From Lingula anatina (lineage: Eukaryota; Animalia; Brachiopoda): a stretch of 64,000 nt of DNA. Of the stretch, positions 25,286 to 38,583 are shown one piece after another. The notes beneath the pieces were generated by a model that was not told where the DNA came from, ran no database searches, and saw only the letters and a list, made by a program, of their open reading frames with translations. The stretch's first letter is position 1; every line of letters begins with the position of its first letter. A program made the position numbers and the translations under genes. The DNA is taken from the NCBI GenBank assembly GCA_051362555.1, contig CM120648.1, positions 20,270,587-20,334,586 of the forward strand, written 5' to 3'.

Positions 25286-26389
25286 TTACCCCAGACATCG
25301 CTTTATTTCTGATCTATTTTACTTCCTCATAACAGAAGCAGAATGGCCGTATGAAATATATGTGCCCTTCACACTACTGAAGTCGTATACAACCTTATCA
25401 TATCTTCTCAGCGGTATAGGATAAAACAGCTGAAATGTTGCCACAGAAGAGAACCGTTTGGTCAGACTCACAGTCTGATTGCCTCGTCTTAACAAATAGG
25501 TCTACGTGGACAGCTACGAGTTGACAGTCGAGGATTTGGTTGCTTGGTTTGGCGTAATTGTCGAACTTTACATTGACTGCAGTGTACATATTTTGCCAGG
25601 GCTGTATATATTTCATTTGACTGTGGACTTTAATATTTTTTTGTCGATACTCAGACATTTATATTGAACTTTTCTGATTGCACTGTTGCATAAAATTGGA
25701 CTATTATTCCCATTGACTATTGGATTTGTGCATATAAAGACTTTTGATTAACTAATTTAATACCTGTACATATTTTTTCATCAGTAATTTGTATATTTGA
25801 GGCTAGGTATAATACAAACAGAACGTTGTTAGACTTTTTATATCATCTAACATGTTGGTTTGGTGATTACCAGGCTTAGTAGGAGTTATTTAAAGTAATG
25901 AATATCAAATAATTTATTTTTTTTCTTATCACTTTGATTATTTACAGTAATTTGACTAATTTTCTTATTATTTTTTGCAGACAGTTCTAAAAACACCAAT
26001 TTTAGATCACAGTTGGCGATATCTCAGACTATTGGATTGGTTCTAATTAGTGAACTAGGTCCACATAAAGACACGGAGTCTTATAGTACTATTTATCCAG
26101 CAGATTCTCTCAGGTAAGTGATATTGACTTAGGGATTTTTTTCTTGTCTGGGGGAAAGGGGACCTACATTTCTCCCGATGTGTGAGTTTTGAATGTGTCT
26201 TCAACTGATTATGAATATGTTGTGTTGATATTGATATGATGGTGTGAAATCATGACTGTGCATTGATGCTTTTGATATTTACTTGACAATGAAAAAATAA
26301 ACATTTTGACTATTGTGTTGTTATTATTCATGAATGAATGTGATGTATATATATATATTAGCTAGCATCTGGCATAAAAGTTTTTGAGA

Positions 26390-27771
26390 ATGGCCTGTCC
26401 ATCGTCTTTATTAAGGTCAAGAAGCATTGTAATTACTGGAATGCCTGAACAAATTACAGACTCTGAATTAAAAGACTTTTTAAAAATTCATCTGGTATCA
26501 GAGTTTATAATAGAATACATCCATAGACCTGACACAATATTGGGTGCAATATTTGTAGTATTTGAAGATGCTGCTTTAGCGACAGAAGCCATTGATATTC
26601 TTGATAAAAGAAACTATGATGGTCAAACAGTTGATGTGAAGAAAATAAACAAAAGTATGGAAAGGGATATACTGGATGCACTAGAAATTAAAGAATCAAA
26701 ACTGTCCGAAGTGATAGGTATGATAAAGTCGTTACCAGCTGATGATATTGTAAAAGTTTACGAGGAAGTAAAAAGTTTGTTGCCCAAATCATCAAAACCA
26801 AAGCTTCCAGCAAATAGTACCCCAAAAAGGACCCCAATTTTTAGAATACAAAAAGGCAGCACCCCAAGAAGGTTACTACCAAAGATCCCAACTTTTTCAA
26901 CATCAGGGTCAGAACTCGTTTCATATACGCATCCGCCCCGTCTACCTCTTTTTTCCGGGGATTCCAAGGATGCTAGCTTTAAGCAGTGGTTGTTTGAAGT
27001 CAAAGCTCTTCGACGTGACGGTATTTATTCCGATGCCGTTTTATTACATGCGATCAGAAGGTCACTCAAAAGTCCTGCGTCTGATGTTTTATATCACCTT
27101 GGTGATGTAAAAGAAATTGACCGAGTTTTGGAGAAATTTGAAAAGGTGTTTGGTGATGTGTTGTCATCAGGGGCAATATTACAGCAATTTCATTCTTCTA
27201 AACAGCATGATTCTGAGAGAATTGCAGCATGGGCCTGTAGACTGGAAAGTTAAGTTGCGCAATTACTCTCCATCAATCCACCGGCAGTAACAGGCACTGG
27301 TGCAAAGTCCATGTTGCGTTTGAAATTTTATTCTGGGCTGCATTCTAACACTACCAGGCATCTATTAAAAATAAATTTGATGATGGTGCCACATTCGAAG
27401 AATTATTGGTGGAAGGAAGAACAATAGAGATGGAGGAAAGAGAAAGATTTCATCTAGATGCAGCTGCATCTGACATGCAGTCTGGTGGCTTAATGAAAGC
27501 AATCAATTCTTTAAATCGTAGGTTAAGTGGGTTGGAAACCAGTATAGGACGGCGTAATCGAGAATACTCAGCGAGTAGAAATGGTAGTGGTACTGCTCGA
27601 GGGGCCACTGGAAATGATTCTGGTCGGAGATCTTTTTCTGGCGAGTGTTGGAAGTGTGGAATGATTGGTCATAGGCAGTCGGAGTGTTCAAATTTAAACT
27701 TGAACCAGTCTGTGAGAGGGGGCACTCAGCAGACACTCAACCCAAACGCCCCAAACTACAATCATCACTAG
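26390..27771 (+). pseudogene. gag: Gypsy gag (RRM-like N-terminus, PNMA-like capsid, CCHC knuckle), disrupted
   Basis: PPRLPLFSGD..SFKQWLFEV..AIRRSLKSPA; CWKCGMIGHRQSEC; premature TAA at 27251 and a frameshift near 27370. Confidence 0.88.
27693..27752 (+). promoter_or_regulatory. -1 programmed ribosomal frameshift signal (slippery T TTA AAC + stem/pseudoknot)
   Basis: The heptamer is in the gag frame and pol is in the -1 frame; 8-nt spacer; stem GTCTGTGAG / CTCA-G-CAGAC; loop GGGGC can pair with GCCCC at 27748-52. Confidence 0.7.
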
Positions 27772-30700
27772 TTAAGTGATTGGTTGGTAATTCTAATGAA
27801 TGCATGGCAATTTTTCATGGTAGGGAATTAAGGGCGTTAGTGGATATGGGATCAGTGGTGAGTACTATCTCTGCTTCATGTGCAAAGTCGTGTGGCTTGG
27901 AAATTTACCCCCTTGAAAGTGTGTTGGGTTTTCAAGTAGCCGGAGGTCATAACCTTTCATATTTGGGATACGTCGAGGCTTCTCTTACTATTCCTCATGT
28001 AGATAGGTTAGAATCCGATGCGTTTCTATTTTTGGTTGTACCCAATACAGAGTATCATACAAGAACATCCTTGCTCTTGGGAACAAATATTTTATCACTT
28101 TTTATTGACACACAGGGTGTTAATGAAAACGACCTGCCCTATGCATTGAAACTTGCGCGTGAGTGTATGGTTAAACAACAAAGGGCACCTGATCATGATG
28201 GTGTTGTTGGGAATGTGAGGATCACAAAACCCATCACAGTTCGACAAGGTGAAAAAATGTTGATAAATGGCACATCTAACATTTCTACAAATCAACAAAT
28301 GTTAGTGTTGGCAGAAGAAAATCTCCATTCCTTTTTACCTGGAGGGTTGTTGCTTTCTCCTAGCATTCATATGATACAGCCTTGTTCCTCTCCTTACGAC
28401 ATCTCTGTGGAAATTTCAAATTTCTCTTGCCATAGCATTACCATTCCTGGTGGTTCGACAATTTGCAACTTATCTCAAGTTTCCATTGTACCTCCTGAAA
28501 CAACCAGTGGAAATGTGGATAATCCTGATGATTTTACAAGTCAGTTTGATGATATGCTGCAGGAAAATTTAAGTCCATCACAGGTTTCTGAAGTGAAACA
28601 TCTGTTGTCTAAGTATAAAATCTCCTTTGCTATACATGACTTGGATTTGGGAAAGTGTACTACTGTCAAGCATAAAATCAATTTAGTTGATGAGATACCT
28701 TTCAAGTCCAAACACTGTCACATCCCTCCATCAATGTTTTCTGAGGTGAGAAATCATCTAAATGAAATGCTTCAACTTGGTGTCATTCGCAAGTCATCTA
28801 GTCCATATTCATCGGTTGTCGTTCTTGTATGAAAGAAATATGGTTCTCTACGCTTCTGCATTGATCTCAGGAAACTCAGTGCTAAAACCATCAGAGATGC
28901 ATATGCTTTACCCCGCATTGATGAAACCTTGGATATTCTTCATGGTTCTTCTTGGTACAGTTGCCTTGATTTGAAATCTGCATATTGGCAAGTAAAAATA
29001 GAAGAATCCGACATTCCGAAAATGGCTTTTTCGGTTGGACCATTGGGTTTTTATGAATGTGTTAGAATGCCATATGGGTTTACCAATGCACCAGCAACTT
29101 TTCAGCGTCTTCTAGAGTCGTGCATGGGTGATTTGAATCTTGAGCATTGTCTCATTTATCTTGATGATATTATTGTATTTAGCAAAACATACGAAGAGCA
29201 CATAGTGAAATTGGAAAATGTTTTGTCAATATTGCGTGATCATGGTCTCTATTTGAAACCCAGCAAGTGCAAGATTTTCCAGCACAAGATCAATTATCTT
29301 GGCCATGTTGTGTCCTCCAAAGGTATTGAGACAGATTCCAAGAAACTTGAGGCTGTAAAGAATTGGCCAGTGCCAAAATCTGTTTAAGATGTTATGTCCT
29401 TTATAGGTTTTGTTGGGTACTATAGGCGTTTTATCAAGGGATTTAGTGAAATTGCCAAACCGTTACATGACCTCACAAAAGGTAAAGTGAGTAAAACATC
29501 TAGAAAGAGTAGAAAGTCAACTGTAACATTCGTGTGGCAAGCAGAGCATGAAGAAGCTTTTCAGGAATTAATAAAATGCTTATATACATAGTCCTATTTT
29601 AGCATTTGCAGATTTTACCCAACCTTTTGAACTAAGGACGGATGCTAGTGGAAGTGGACTTGGAGCTGTTCTCTATCAAAAACAGAATGGGTTGGACCGA
29701 GTTATAGCGTATGCTAGTACAGGGTTACGTCAGTCAGAGAAAAATTACCCAGTTCATAAACTCGAGTTTTTGGCTCTGAAATGGGCGGTGACAGAAAAAT
29801 TTTCTATCTGTATGGGAATAGTTTTACTGTCAAGACCGACAACAATCCCCTGACATATGTGTTATCAGCAAAATTGGATGGGTTGCCGATCTTGCCAATT
29901 GCAATTTTGATATAGTGTATGTAGCCGGCAGAAGTAATGTAGAAGCAGATGCGCTTTCCCGTGTTCGTTGGCCAGAGACGATATCTGAAAATACTTGTCA
30001 GGCTATTTGGCAAAGTGCTCAATCCGGGGAACCGCTGATCAGTTGTCTGCCATGTTCGGAAGAAGTAATACCCAAAGAGATTTTGTCCTCAGCAGTGAAT
30101 CAGAGGAAAGACTGGAAAAGATTGCAAGAAGATGACCCAGAACTGAAGAAGGTGCGAGATGTATTGAAAGGTCGAGCCGAAAGCATTAAAGGGAACCATT
30201 TTGAAAGTAAAAGGTTTCGAAAAGAGATGAGTAGCTTGATCTTATCTAATGATGTTCTGTTTCGCACAAAACAAAAGGATGATGGGTCAGTTTTGAAACA
30301 GTTAGTGTTGCCAAAGTCATACCGAAAAGATGCAAAGAGAGAGCTATTGATTTACTCAGTCAACGATTTTATTGGTCAGGTATGAGTAAACAAATAGGGG
30401 AATACATAAGTAAATGCGCTAGGTGCATTAAACTCAAGACGCTGCCTACTTCCCGAGCAGAATTGTGCCCCATATCCTCATCTGCACACTTAGAGCTCGT
30501 GTGCATGGACTATTTAACTATTGAAGACGGTAAAGGTGGTGTGGGCAATATTTTGGTAATTACAGACCATTTTACTAGATACGCGCAGGCCTATCCTACC
30601 GCAAACCAAACGGCGAAAACAACCGCCAAAGTATTTTTTGAAAATTGTGTTGTACATTATGGGTTTCCAAACCGTATACATACTGACCAAGGACGCAATT

Positions 30701-31443
30701 TTGAAGGAAAGGTTATAGCAGATTTGTGTTCCATAGCAGGTGTAAAGAAATCAAGAACAACGCCATATCACGCTATGGGAAACGGACAATGTGAACGCAT
30801 GAATAGGACCTTACTTGATATGTTAGGCACATTGTCGCTAAACCAAAAGTCAAATTGTAAAAAAAAAATCATTGCTTCTCTGGTTCATGCATACAACTGT
30901 ACGCGTAACAGTTCCACGTCATTTTCACCATACTACCTGATGTTTGGCAGGCACCCCAAGTTACCGGTTGATGTATCATTGGATGTTTGCTCAGAGACAA
31001 CCGTTAAATCTCAGTCTGAGTACGTACGGGAATTAAAAAAACGATTGCGGGAAGCTTTTAACATGGCAAAAGTTCAAATAGAGAGGGCGCAATCTAGACA
31101 AAAGCAAAACTTTGACAGAAAAATAGGGGCGGGTGTTTTGTCAATAGGTGACCGTGTTTTAGTTCGGAATGTCGCATTCGATGGTAAATACAAGATTGCT
31201 GATAGATTGCAGAGTGAAGTGTTTGTGGTATTAGATCAGCTGAATGATGGTATTCCAGTGTATGTAATGAAAAGAGAAGATGGTGAAGGAAAATCAAAGA
31301 CACTGCATCGAAACATTTTACTTCCTATCTATGAAATGAAACAGGAATATGAAGAAAAACAGAATGAAGAACTTTCACAAGTACGACCCAAAAGAAGTAG
31401 GAACAGACCGGAATGGATGAATAACAGAGACTGGATATTGTAA
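27700..31443 (+). pseudogene. pol: Gypsy pol (aspartic protease, RT, RNase H, integrase), disrupted
   Basis: ALVDMGS; LDLKSAYWQV, MPYGFTNAPATFQ, YLDD; TDASGSGLGAVL; MDYL..TDHFTRY..HTDQGRNF..GQCERMNRTL; stops at 27777, 28830 and 29385, plus several frameshifts and deletions at 29590-30380. Confidence 0.93.
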
Positions 31444-31539
31444 ATAAAAATATATGGCATAATAAATGTAAATCAAAGATTGATGTTGTTGTTGTTGTTT
31501 TTTTAATGGTGTGGAACCCATTTCGGGGGGAGGGGAGAA

Positions 31540-32115
31540 TGTAAGGTTTGTTGTGTTAGCTGTGATTGTGTTCGGTGTGTATCGTGTTTGTTCGTATGTG
31601 AACGTGGAGGTCACGGGTTGAAAGACCGCGCCCCATAGAATTTGATTTCCACCTGAATGTCGGACGGAGATGCAGGTTGAATAACTGAAATAGCTATTCC
31701 AGTGGGCTTGCAGGTAAGTTTAACTATGTTTAATAAAGGACCAATCCATAGTTTAAATTCATGCATTTCTAATTTTATTTATTTAATTTTATGGTGTTTT
31801 TGGCATTGTTATATTTTTATTTCTTTGTTCTGTCTTTCTTGTCTTTCGTCAGTGTAAATTCTGTTAATGTAATTGTTTAAAATTAATTTGTTTATATTAA
31901 TCTTGCAGATATTTGGAGATATTTGTAGATATTTGTGCAACAACAATAAAGAAACATCTACCCGAGCTATCAGTCTGTTACATTTTAATTAATTTTGTAT
32001 GCCATAGCATTATAGAAAATGCACTGCTGGTTGAACAATGGAAATATTATAAGCACTTGAGCAAAGGATAGAAACTTGTTGGTTGAAAAGGGTTAACATC
32101 TTGACCGGTGCTACA
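31540..32115 (+). repeat. 3' LTR (~576 bp)
   Basis: Starts TGTA immediately after PPT GGGGGGAGGGGAGAA; ends GCTACA; AATAAA near 31945. Confidence 0.75.
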
Positions 32116-35100
32116 TAAATTTCAGTAACAAATTACAAAAATATAAGAATGGAGGTTTAAATTTTCAAAAGTAGGCTTTGATAGCGGGGCATTACCTTCT
32201 TTTGTAAAGTATACTGTTTAAATATGTCGTGATTAGAGGAAGTGAGCAGGTATTACTGGACAAGACAAGAGCAACACCAATCTAAATTCTTACATTTTTA
32301 GACATCAATATATCGCCAACAAAATCAAAGGACCTCTACCAGTGGGTATATGACTCTTTGAAAATCACCATGCTCAAATATGGTTTTGGGGTGTGGGGTG
32401 CAAAATGTGGGCACAGTGTGGACTAGGTGGGTGATATTTTTTGTTTGAATGTCTTGGGAGGAAGAATATTGATTGACAAAAAATATAATATAGGATTATT
32501 GTTAATATATAGCTAGATAAGGGGGAAATAAGCATATATATGAGTTGCATGGCTGCTGACTGAAAATCTGCTTCGAAAGCTGGACAAATCAAAAATTGGG
32601 CATAAATCCCTTGAAAAACGGTTTTGGGGCCTAACGTTTGGCAGAAGTTAAAAGGGTCCCCAGGCAAGTATTTCAGCCCAATAAGGTCAAATTCTGTGAA
32701 CCCCCACCTTGCCGCACTTGTCTGATGCTTAAAAAAACTGGCACTTAAAAGAAACAGTTTTTCGGAGAGCGTTGGTAAACAGTTTACGTCAGGTGATTCG
32801 TTAAAGTCGAGGAGTGTTTCACTATCAAATTTGTTAATCATATATGTCATAAAACACTATGAGAAATATTTTTGTTACGATCTGCAACATTTGTTAATTT
32901 ATATAGCAGGGCGAAGTTAAAACCAGAGGTAAATAGAACCTAATACCGTAATCCTCCTCGTCCATTTATTTAAATCGTATCAAAACGCTTGATACACAAT
33001 GTTCATTAATGTCATAATTTTGGCGATTTATTAAAACAATATTGGTACATATAAGTTTAAGATTAGCATAAGTTAAGCAACAACCAGTATGAAGAACAAC
33101 ACCCTTTTTAAATGAGGCAAGACACCCTCTGCACACTGATTATAACCTTGAGAAAGACATTATGCAACTTAAGGCAAAGGAGTTATGCAAAGTTCTTTCA
33201 ACTCGTGTGTGAATACAACACATTCTTTGTCACTTTTACAAGACAATGGAGGCGGGCAAGTAGAGTAATTACAATATACAATAAAAATGATAATAGTTAA
33301 GAAAGCTTTGCTTGTTCGAATGAAACAGATAGATATCGCGCCGCGACTCCCTTTATTAAACCTTCGTGTGTTTGTGTAAAAGTGTGAAAGACAGGCAACG
33401 GTCGTTAGTCGCTGTTGATATTGTTCGCGATTAATATTGAAGTATAACTCCTTCGCCCGTATGTAAACGTGTTACTTTTCCTCATGTTCTCTATATTTCT
33501 TTTAGGTGGTTGAGACAACGGGATGAGATCGATAAAAATAAAGGTTGATCTAAACAATTAGATGCGATTTTTGTGAAATGACTTATTAAGTGATGTGCAT
33601 GTACCTAGCATGTTTAAATTCTTGAATTTCTAATTTGTTAAATCTTTCATACACGACCTCATATATGTATTACTCTCAGGCCTTCGATATTATTGTGTTA
33701 CACGGGACTCCTGGAAACCTGAAGCACAGGTCTACGGAGTCTTGTTATCCTTCATGCAGTTTTATGGCTGGGATGAACACTGCGAAGTAGAAACAGGCTT
33801 TACTTAGCTTTACTTAATGTACGACAGTTTAAACAAAACCAGTCTGCAAGGCTTGCTTTGATTTGGCGCTAACCTTACACTGGTTTTAAAAGAACAAATA
33901 TAAATATGTTCGATGGATTAAATGCCGGCTTCGTTATATTTAAACTAAATGCCTTTATTTGCACAGTTACACAGATAATATTTTTAAGTTGTCTGTCGTT
34001 TAGCACGCATTATAGGCGAGTAGCTGAATAGTGACGGTGATCAATCCAAGCTCAACCTTGGCAAGTATTGTTTACAAAATAGATCATGTTGAATAAACTT
34101 AATTACGCTTTAATAAATAATCAACACACGGTTCGGTTATTGTCACTTGAAAGCTTTCGATCAAAGACGTTCAATGAAATCACAAATCATTTGACGATTA
34201 AAAAATGGACAGGTTCAAGGGGCAGTTTTTGTTTCAGCTAAAGGGACTTCAGGTTCAGGTAGAGGGTTCAGTTACGTGTTTCATCGGATGATAGCATCAC
34301 GCCCTAGGTCTAAGCGAGTTGAATAGAAGTTTTTTTTTTTTTTTTTTTTTTTTATCCAAACATCCTATTCCTAACTACTGAGTTAAGACAAAGGTCTAGT
34401 GACATGCACTGTGCAATTACTATTAATGGATCAGATGCATACTTGATTGTTTTTCCTCTGGTGTCGCACGTATGCATCCTTTCTTGAGTGATCTAAAACA
34501 AGTCGCTAGTGTACCACCTTTCTCACTGTAGCAAAATATGTTCGACATGGCGTTTCTGAACGGCAGCCGGAGACACAGTAATTGTATAGGCATGCTTTAA
34601 GCTTGTTCGAAAGATAATAACAGTCGGCTTTAACAATAGATAGCGAGCTATAGTAAGACCCCCTCCTCTTCAACTGATGATTTACACTTTTAATTGACCG
34701 TACTTTCGTATATTGTATGATCATACAGCCAGACTTCCCCCTGTTGCACGTTGTAGTTGGATTGTCATTGCGCCTATGTCAAAGCACCTCACTTAATTTC
34801 AATATTATAATATAAGCATAATATAAGTAATATGTTATTTCCTTATTCCTCTTTCATTACCATTCATGTTTTATAAATACTTGAACGCTTGAATGCAGAT
34901 ATTTCAAATTAAAACGTACGCACATAAATAAATTATACATTTATAAATTAATGCAATAGGAATTTTTTGAGACAGATTGATGCTGACGCTCATGCATCTC
35001 AATCAAACAATTCTTAGTTCAATTTTTGACAGCGGAAATTTCATATAGGATGAAATAACTGATAACAAATTTAACTAGCAGTTTGTTAGCAACACTAAAA

Positions 35101-35149
35101 ACCAGCTGCGCGTGCCAAACTAGTGAACAAAAGGACAGTTCGCTTCGCG

Positions 35150-35489
35150 TGGCACGCCTTAGCATGGGTTTAGCCTCTTCAAGCTATAGTCCTATCGCCG
35201 CAACAAACAATAGGGACCTTCTGGCTGATGTATCCTGCTGTTAATTACACCTAGTTACAGCGGATTGTCGCGCTCGCGCTGGACCACAGAAACCGGCGAC
35301 ATGGGGTTCACGCGTATTAAGTATTGTGTTATTCCAGCTAAGCTATTGTGTTTGTGCGTTCAAATTTTGAAGGGATTTATACGGCCCTCCATTGTTTGTC
35401 CGCCCCCTTCTATTCACAAGATAGGGATTAAAACATTTCGAACGTTCTTAGACCGGTGTACAACGGAAACAAAATTATTCCGACCACTG
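35150..35489. repeat. Transposon-end-like dispersed repeat; diverged homolog at ~44200-44508
   Basis: Shared CAACAAACAAT, ACCACAGA.ACCGG, CCATTGTTT, CTATTCACAA and TACAACGGAAAC; ends ..CACTG|TA. Confidence 0.55.
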
Positions 35490-36049
35490 TACATAGATTA
35501 AGTGCAAGAGACCAACATGGCTGATTCAACTTTATGGTGACTACTGTTAGCCATTGTTTTGTTCATATCCAAGAGCCTGTTCTTATTTTAAAATTATGGC
35601 ATAATTGACCTTTTTGAACTGTTTGACTTTCATATATTCGTAATACATCAATTGTTACTATTTTGGAAGTACATAGTTAATTTCTGGTGTTGTTCTGGTG
35701 ACAGAAGATAACAAAAAAGGCATAAGGTGTTTTAAGATGATTCCAAGATGAATTTTCCTGTAGTTGGCATATGCTATAGATGTTTTGTGCGTGTCCGTCC
35801 ATTGGACACAATGAGAACTATGTAGTCGCCTTGTGGATTTCTGCTGGTAGTGAGATGTCATGTCTGGCCAAATCATGCTAGGAAGGATCACTGGCACTGT
35901 CAACTAGGAAAGGAGGCTGCTTCCTGGACTTTTTTTGCATTATCCCTCTTGCCTACCTGCGCAGCTGCTGCTTTCTAGTTGGTTTTGCAGATTCCTTCTT
36001 TTGTGTAAGATACCACTTTCCTCTGATGCGACATGTTCCCATGCATTGA

Positions 36050-37330
36050 TGTTTCTCTGGAAACTGAATTTTAATATATTGTTTGGCTATTCCTCATAGG
36101 ACACTGAAAAAACCTCAATTCTTACTGGGTGTTGTCTTATTGGCCTACCAGAGCTTATCATGCATGTTTCATTTTGCTGTGCTGCTGGATGATTTTGCAG
36201 ACAAGATCTAGAGCTATTTCAAAGCAAAGTCTATTTGCTTGTCTTTCACGGACATTTACGCATCAACACAACTATCCATGTTCCAAAGTATTATAAGACG
36301 ACACATTTTTCACCCTTCAAATCTTCTGGACTATATTTAACATGCAAATACAAGCCCCAGTGACTGGGACATAAATGTACATGTGGCTTTTTGGTTCACA
36401 TTGACCAGTAAAAGTTTAATAATATAATACCACTATGTATATACATTTATTGCTTACCTTTAAATTATTCTTTTAGTGGATGGTCACTAAAGATAAATCT
36501 ACATGATATATTTGAGCATGTGGTTCGGGTTCCACATTTATGTAACATACTTAACGAAACTCATCTTGGGATTTATTTTACAGCCTTATATTACCTTCTT
36601 ATTAACTTCCGTCACCTAATTAGCACCAGAAAATTACTTTTGAGCCCCCAGAATAGAACAATTTTACCTAATACAAGTGTATGAGGCTCCCACAGTTCAA
36701 AGATTATAAATTACATCAAATTATTAGAATATCGGCATGCAACCAACACTTGGTTTTGATCAAAATGATGGCTAACAATTTTCCTCATGCGGTCAAAGAT
36801 GTATTCTTTTGCTTTAATTCAGCCATTTTGTTTATTGACACTTGTTTTATAGATCGGGAAAAATCTTTAAAATATGTTAAAGCACATAGTTTTTTACAAA
36901 TTAGATTATTAATTGTACATACAAACTGCAGGCCCATGTAACGACTTTATTTGGGGGTTTATAAAAGTTTCTATTTTACATTTTATGAAACCTAAAATGC
37001 ATTCTGCACCAGGGATTTAATCAAAAATGACGTATGGCATGCTTATGAAGGTGTGATAGTTTCAAAATGGTGAATAATGCTCAATTTCAAAATGGCGGAT
37101 GAGGGCCATCTTGGATTTGAGGCACAGATTTTATGAAGTGATATATTCTGCACCAGAAAATAATACGTATTACTCATTTACAAAGATGTAATACATATAG
37201 TTTCAAAATAGCGAATTAGGCCCAATTTCGATATGGTTTTTGGCGGCCATCTTGGATTTGAGGGATAAACGGCCACCAATGGCTTCCATAATGGTAAAAA
37301 TGAGTTTTTTTGCTCTAATATAGTCCAATA
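36050..37330. mobile_element. Old DNA-transposon relic; inverted homolog at ~61300-62370
   Basis: Shared blocks TTTTGATCAAAA.GATGGCTAACAATTTTCCTCAT.C.GTCAAAGATGT and TCAGTGTCCTAT.AGGAA; repeated AAAATGGCGG / GCCATCTTGGATTTGAGG motifs. Confidence 0.7.
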
Positions 37331-37516
37331 GTGATGGTATATAACAATAAATTGCATTGAGATATATTTGGATATATCAATATCAATATCCATGGTTTTG
37401 CAGCGTTCACACATATCTTGGTAGGCACTTAAAACACCCTCTTTGTCCCTTCAAATCACCTACTATCACCATAACAATATCAAAAATGACTTTTGCACCC
37501 CCAAAATAGTAGGAAT

Positions 37517-37518
<2 letters not shown>

Positions 37519-37590
<72 letters not shown>
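37519..37590. repeat. (AT)n microsatellite
   Basis: Direct reading. Confidence 0.98.
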
Positions 37591-37592
<2 letters not shown>

Positions 37593-38583
37593 AGTATATA
37601 TATACCAAATGCTTCAAAATTCAGTTTTTCTTTTGAATGTTTGTCTTGGAAACATTTGCTAAAATCTGTATCATGATAGCTACTTGCAATGAAATTACAC
37701 AAAACCAAAATGGAGATACACAGCAAATTTAGTTTAACCATTTGATTTTGCATCTGTTGTATGTGTTATCTAAACCGAAACAAATTCCTAAGAGGTCAAA
37801 CTAAATATGGATGTCTTTTCCGCAATATAAGGTATATTGCAAGAAAGAGGATGTGTTGAATGTTGAATTTCTTTCTGTTACCGGCCATCATTATCATTAT
37901 GAAACAGATATGCGCGACAGAGAAAATAAATATAGTATAATTAATTAATGAACGATGGGAAGAAAACATTTGGCGGCTTGTGCTCAATAGTTATGACATA
38001 ATTTTTAATGCACTGGGGTTAAGATACGACAGCAATGATACTGATAAAGCAGTGCAGTAAAGCAGTGCTTGTGATAATAATAGTGGAACGTGCGCATTGT
38101 TCATAGTCACTTAATGCTATTATCCTGTCACCGCAACTAACAGGTATTTTATACATTATCTGTAAGATAAGATAACTATGCTAATGTTAAGATGGCCGAC
38201 ATGGAAGTTGTGCACAGTCAGGTAGTGAGCTGATACACTTAAATACTGATGTCCTAAGCTCTTAACAAAGACAAATCCAGTCAGAAATTGTGCATGAATA
38301 TGGAAAAAATTCAATGGGAACACAAATAAGGAGTAAATGAGGACTTTAATATTGGATATTTCAAGTAGAAGGTGGAGAGGTCACAGAGGAGGATGATTTC
38401 ACTTCAAATTCAATGGAGGGTCTCAGGTGGACACTGGAGCAAGTGACTATAGGTAAACTCAGATAGAATATATGATAGTTCAGGAATATTCAAACAATAT
38501 AGAAACAAATCTAGAAGACTCTTGAACATATTTTAACTGCTATTAATTATTTTCAAAGACAAAAACTGCCTATTATCTAAATC

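Larger units (their letters stand above)
25330..32115 (+). mobile_element. Ty3/Gypsy LTR retrotransposon, decayed, 5' LTR missing
   Basis: Order gag-PR-RT-RNaseH-IN; polypurine tract 31525-31539; 3' LTR TGTA..TACA; the 5' boundary is approximate. Confidence 0.92.

Noticed and set aside
32374-32850. 158-aa minus-strand ORF
   Set aside because: Biased composition and no domain; probably transposon subterminal sequence
37443-37753. ORFs with (IY)n runs
   Set aside because: Translation of the (AT)n microsatellite
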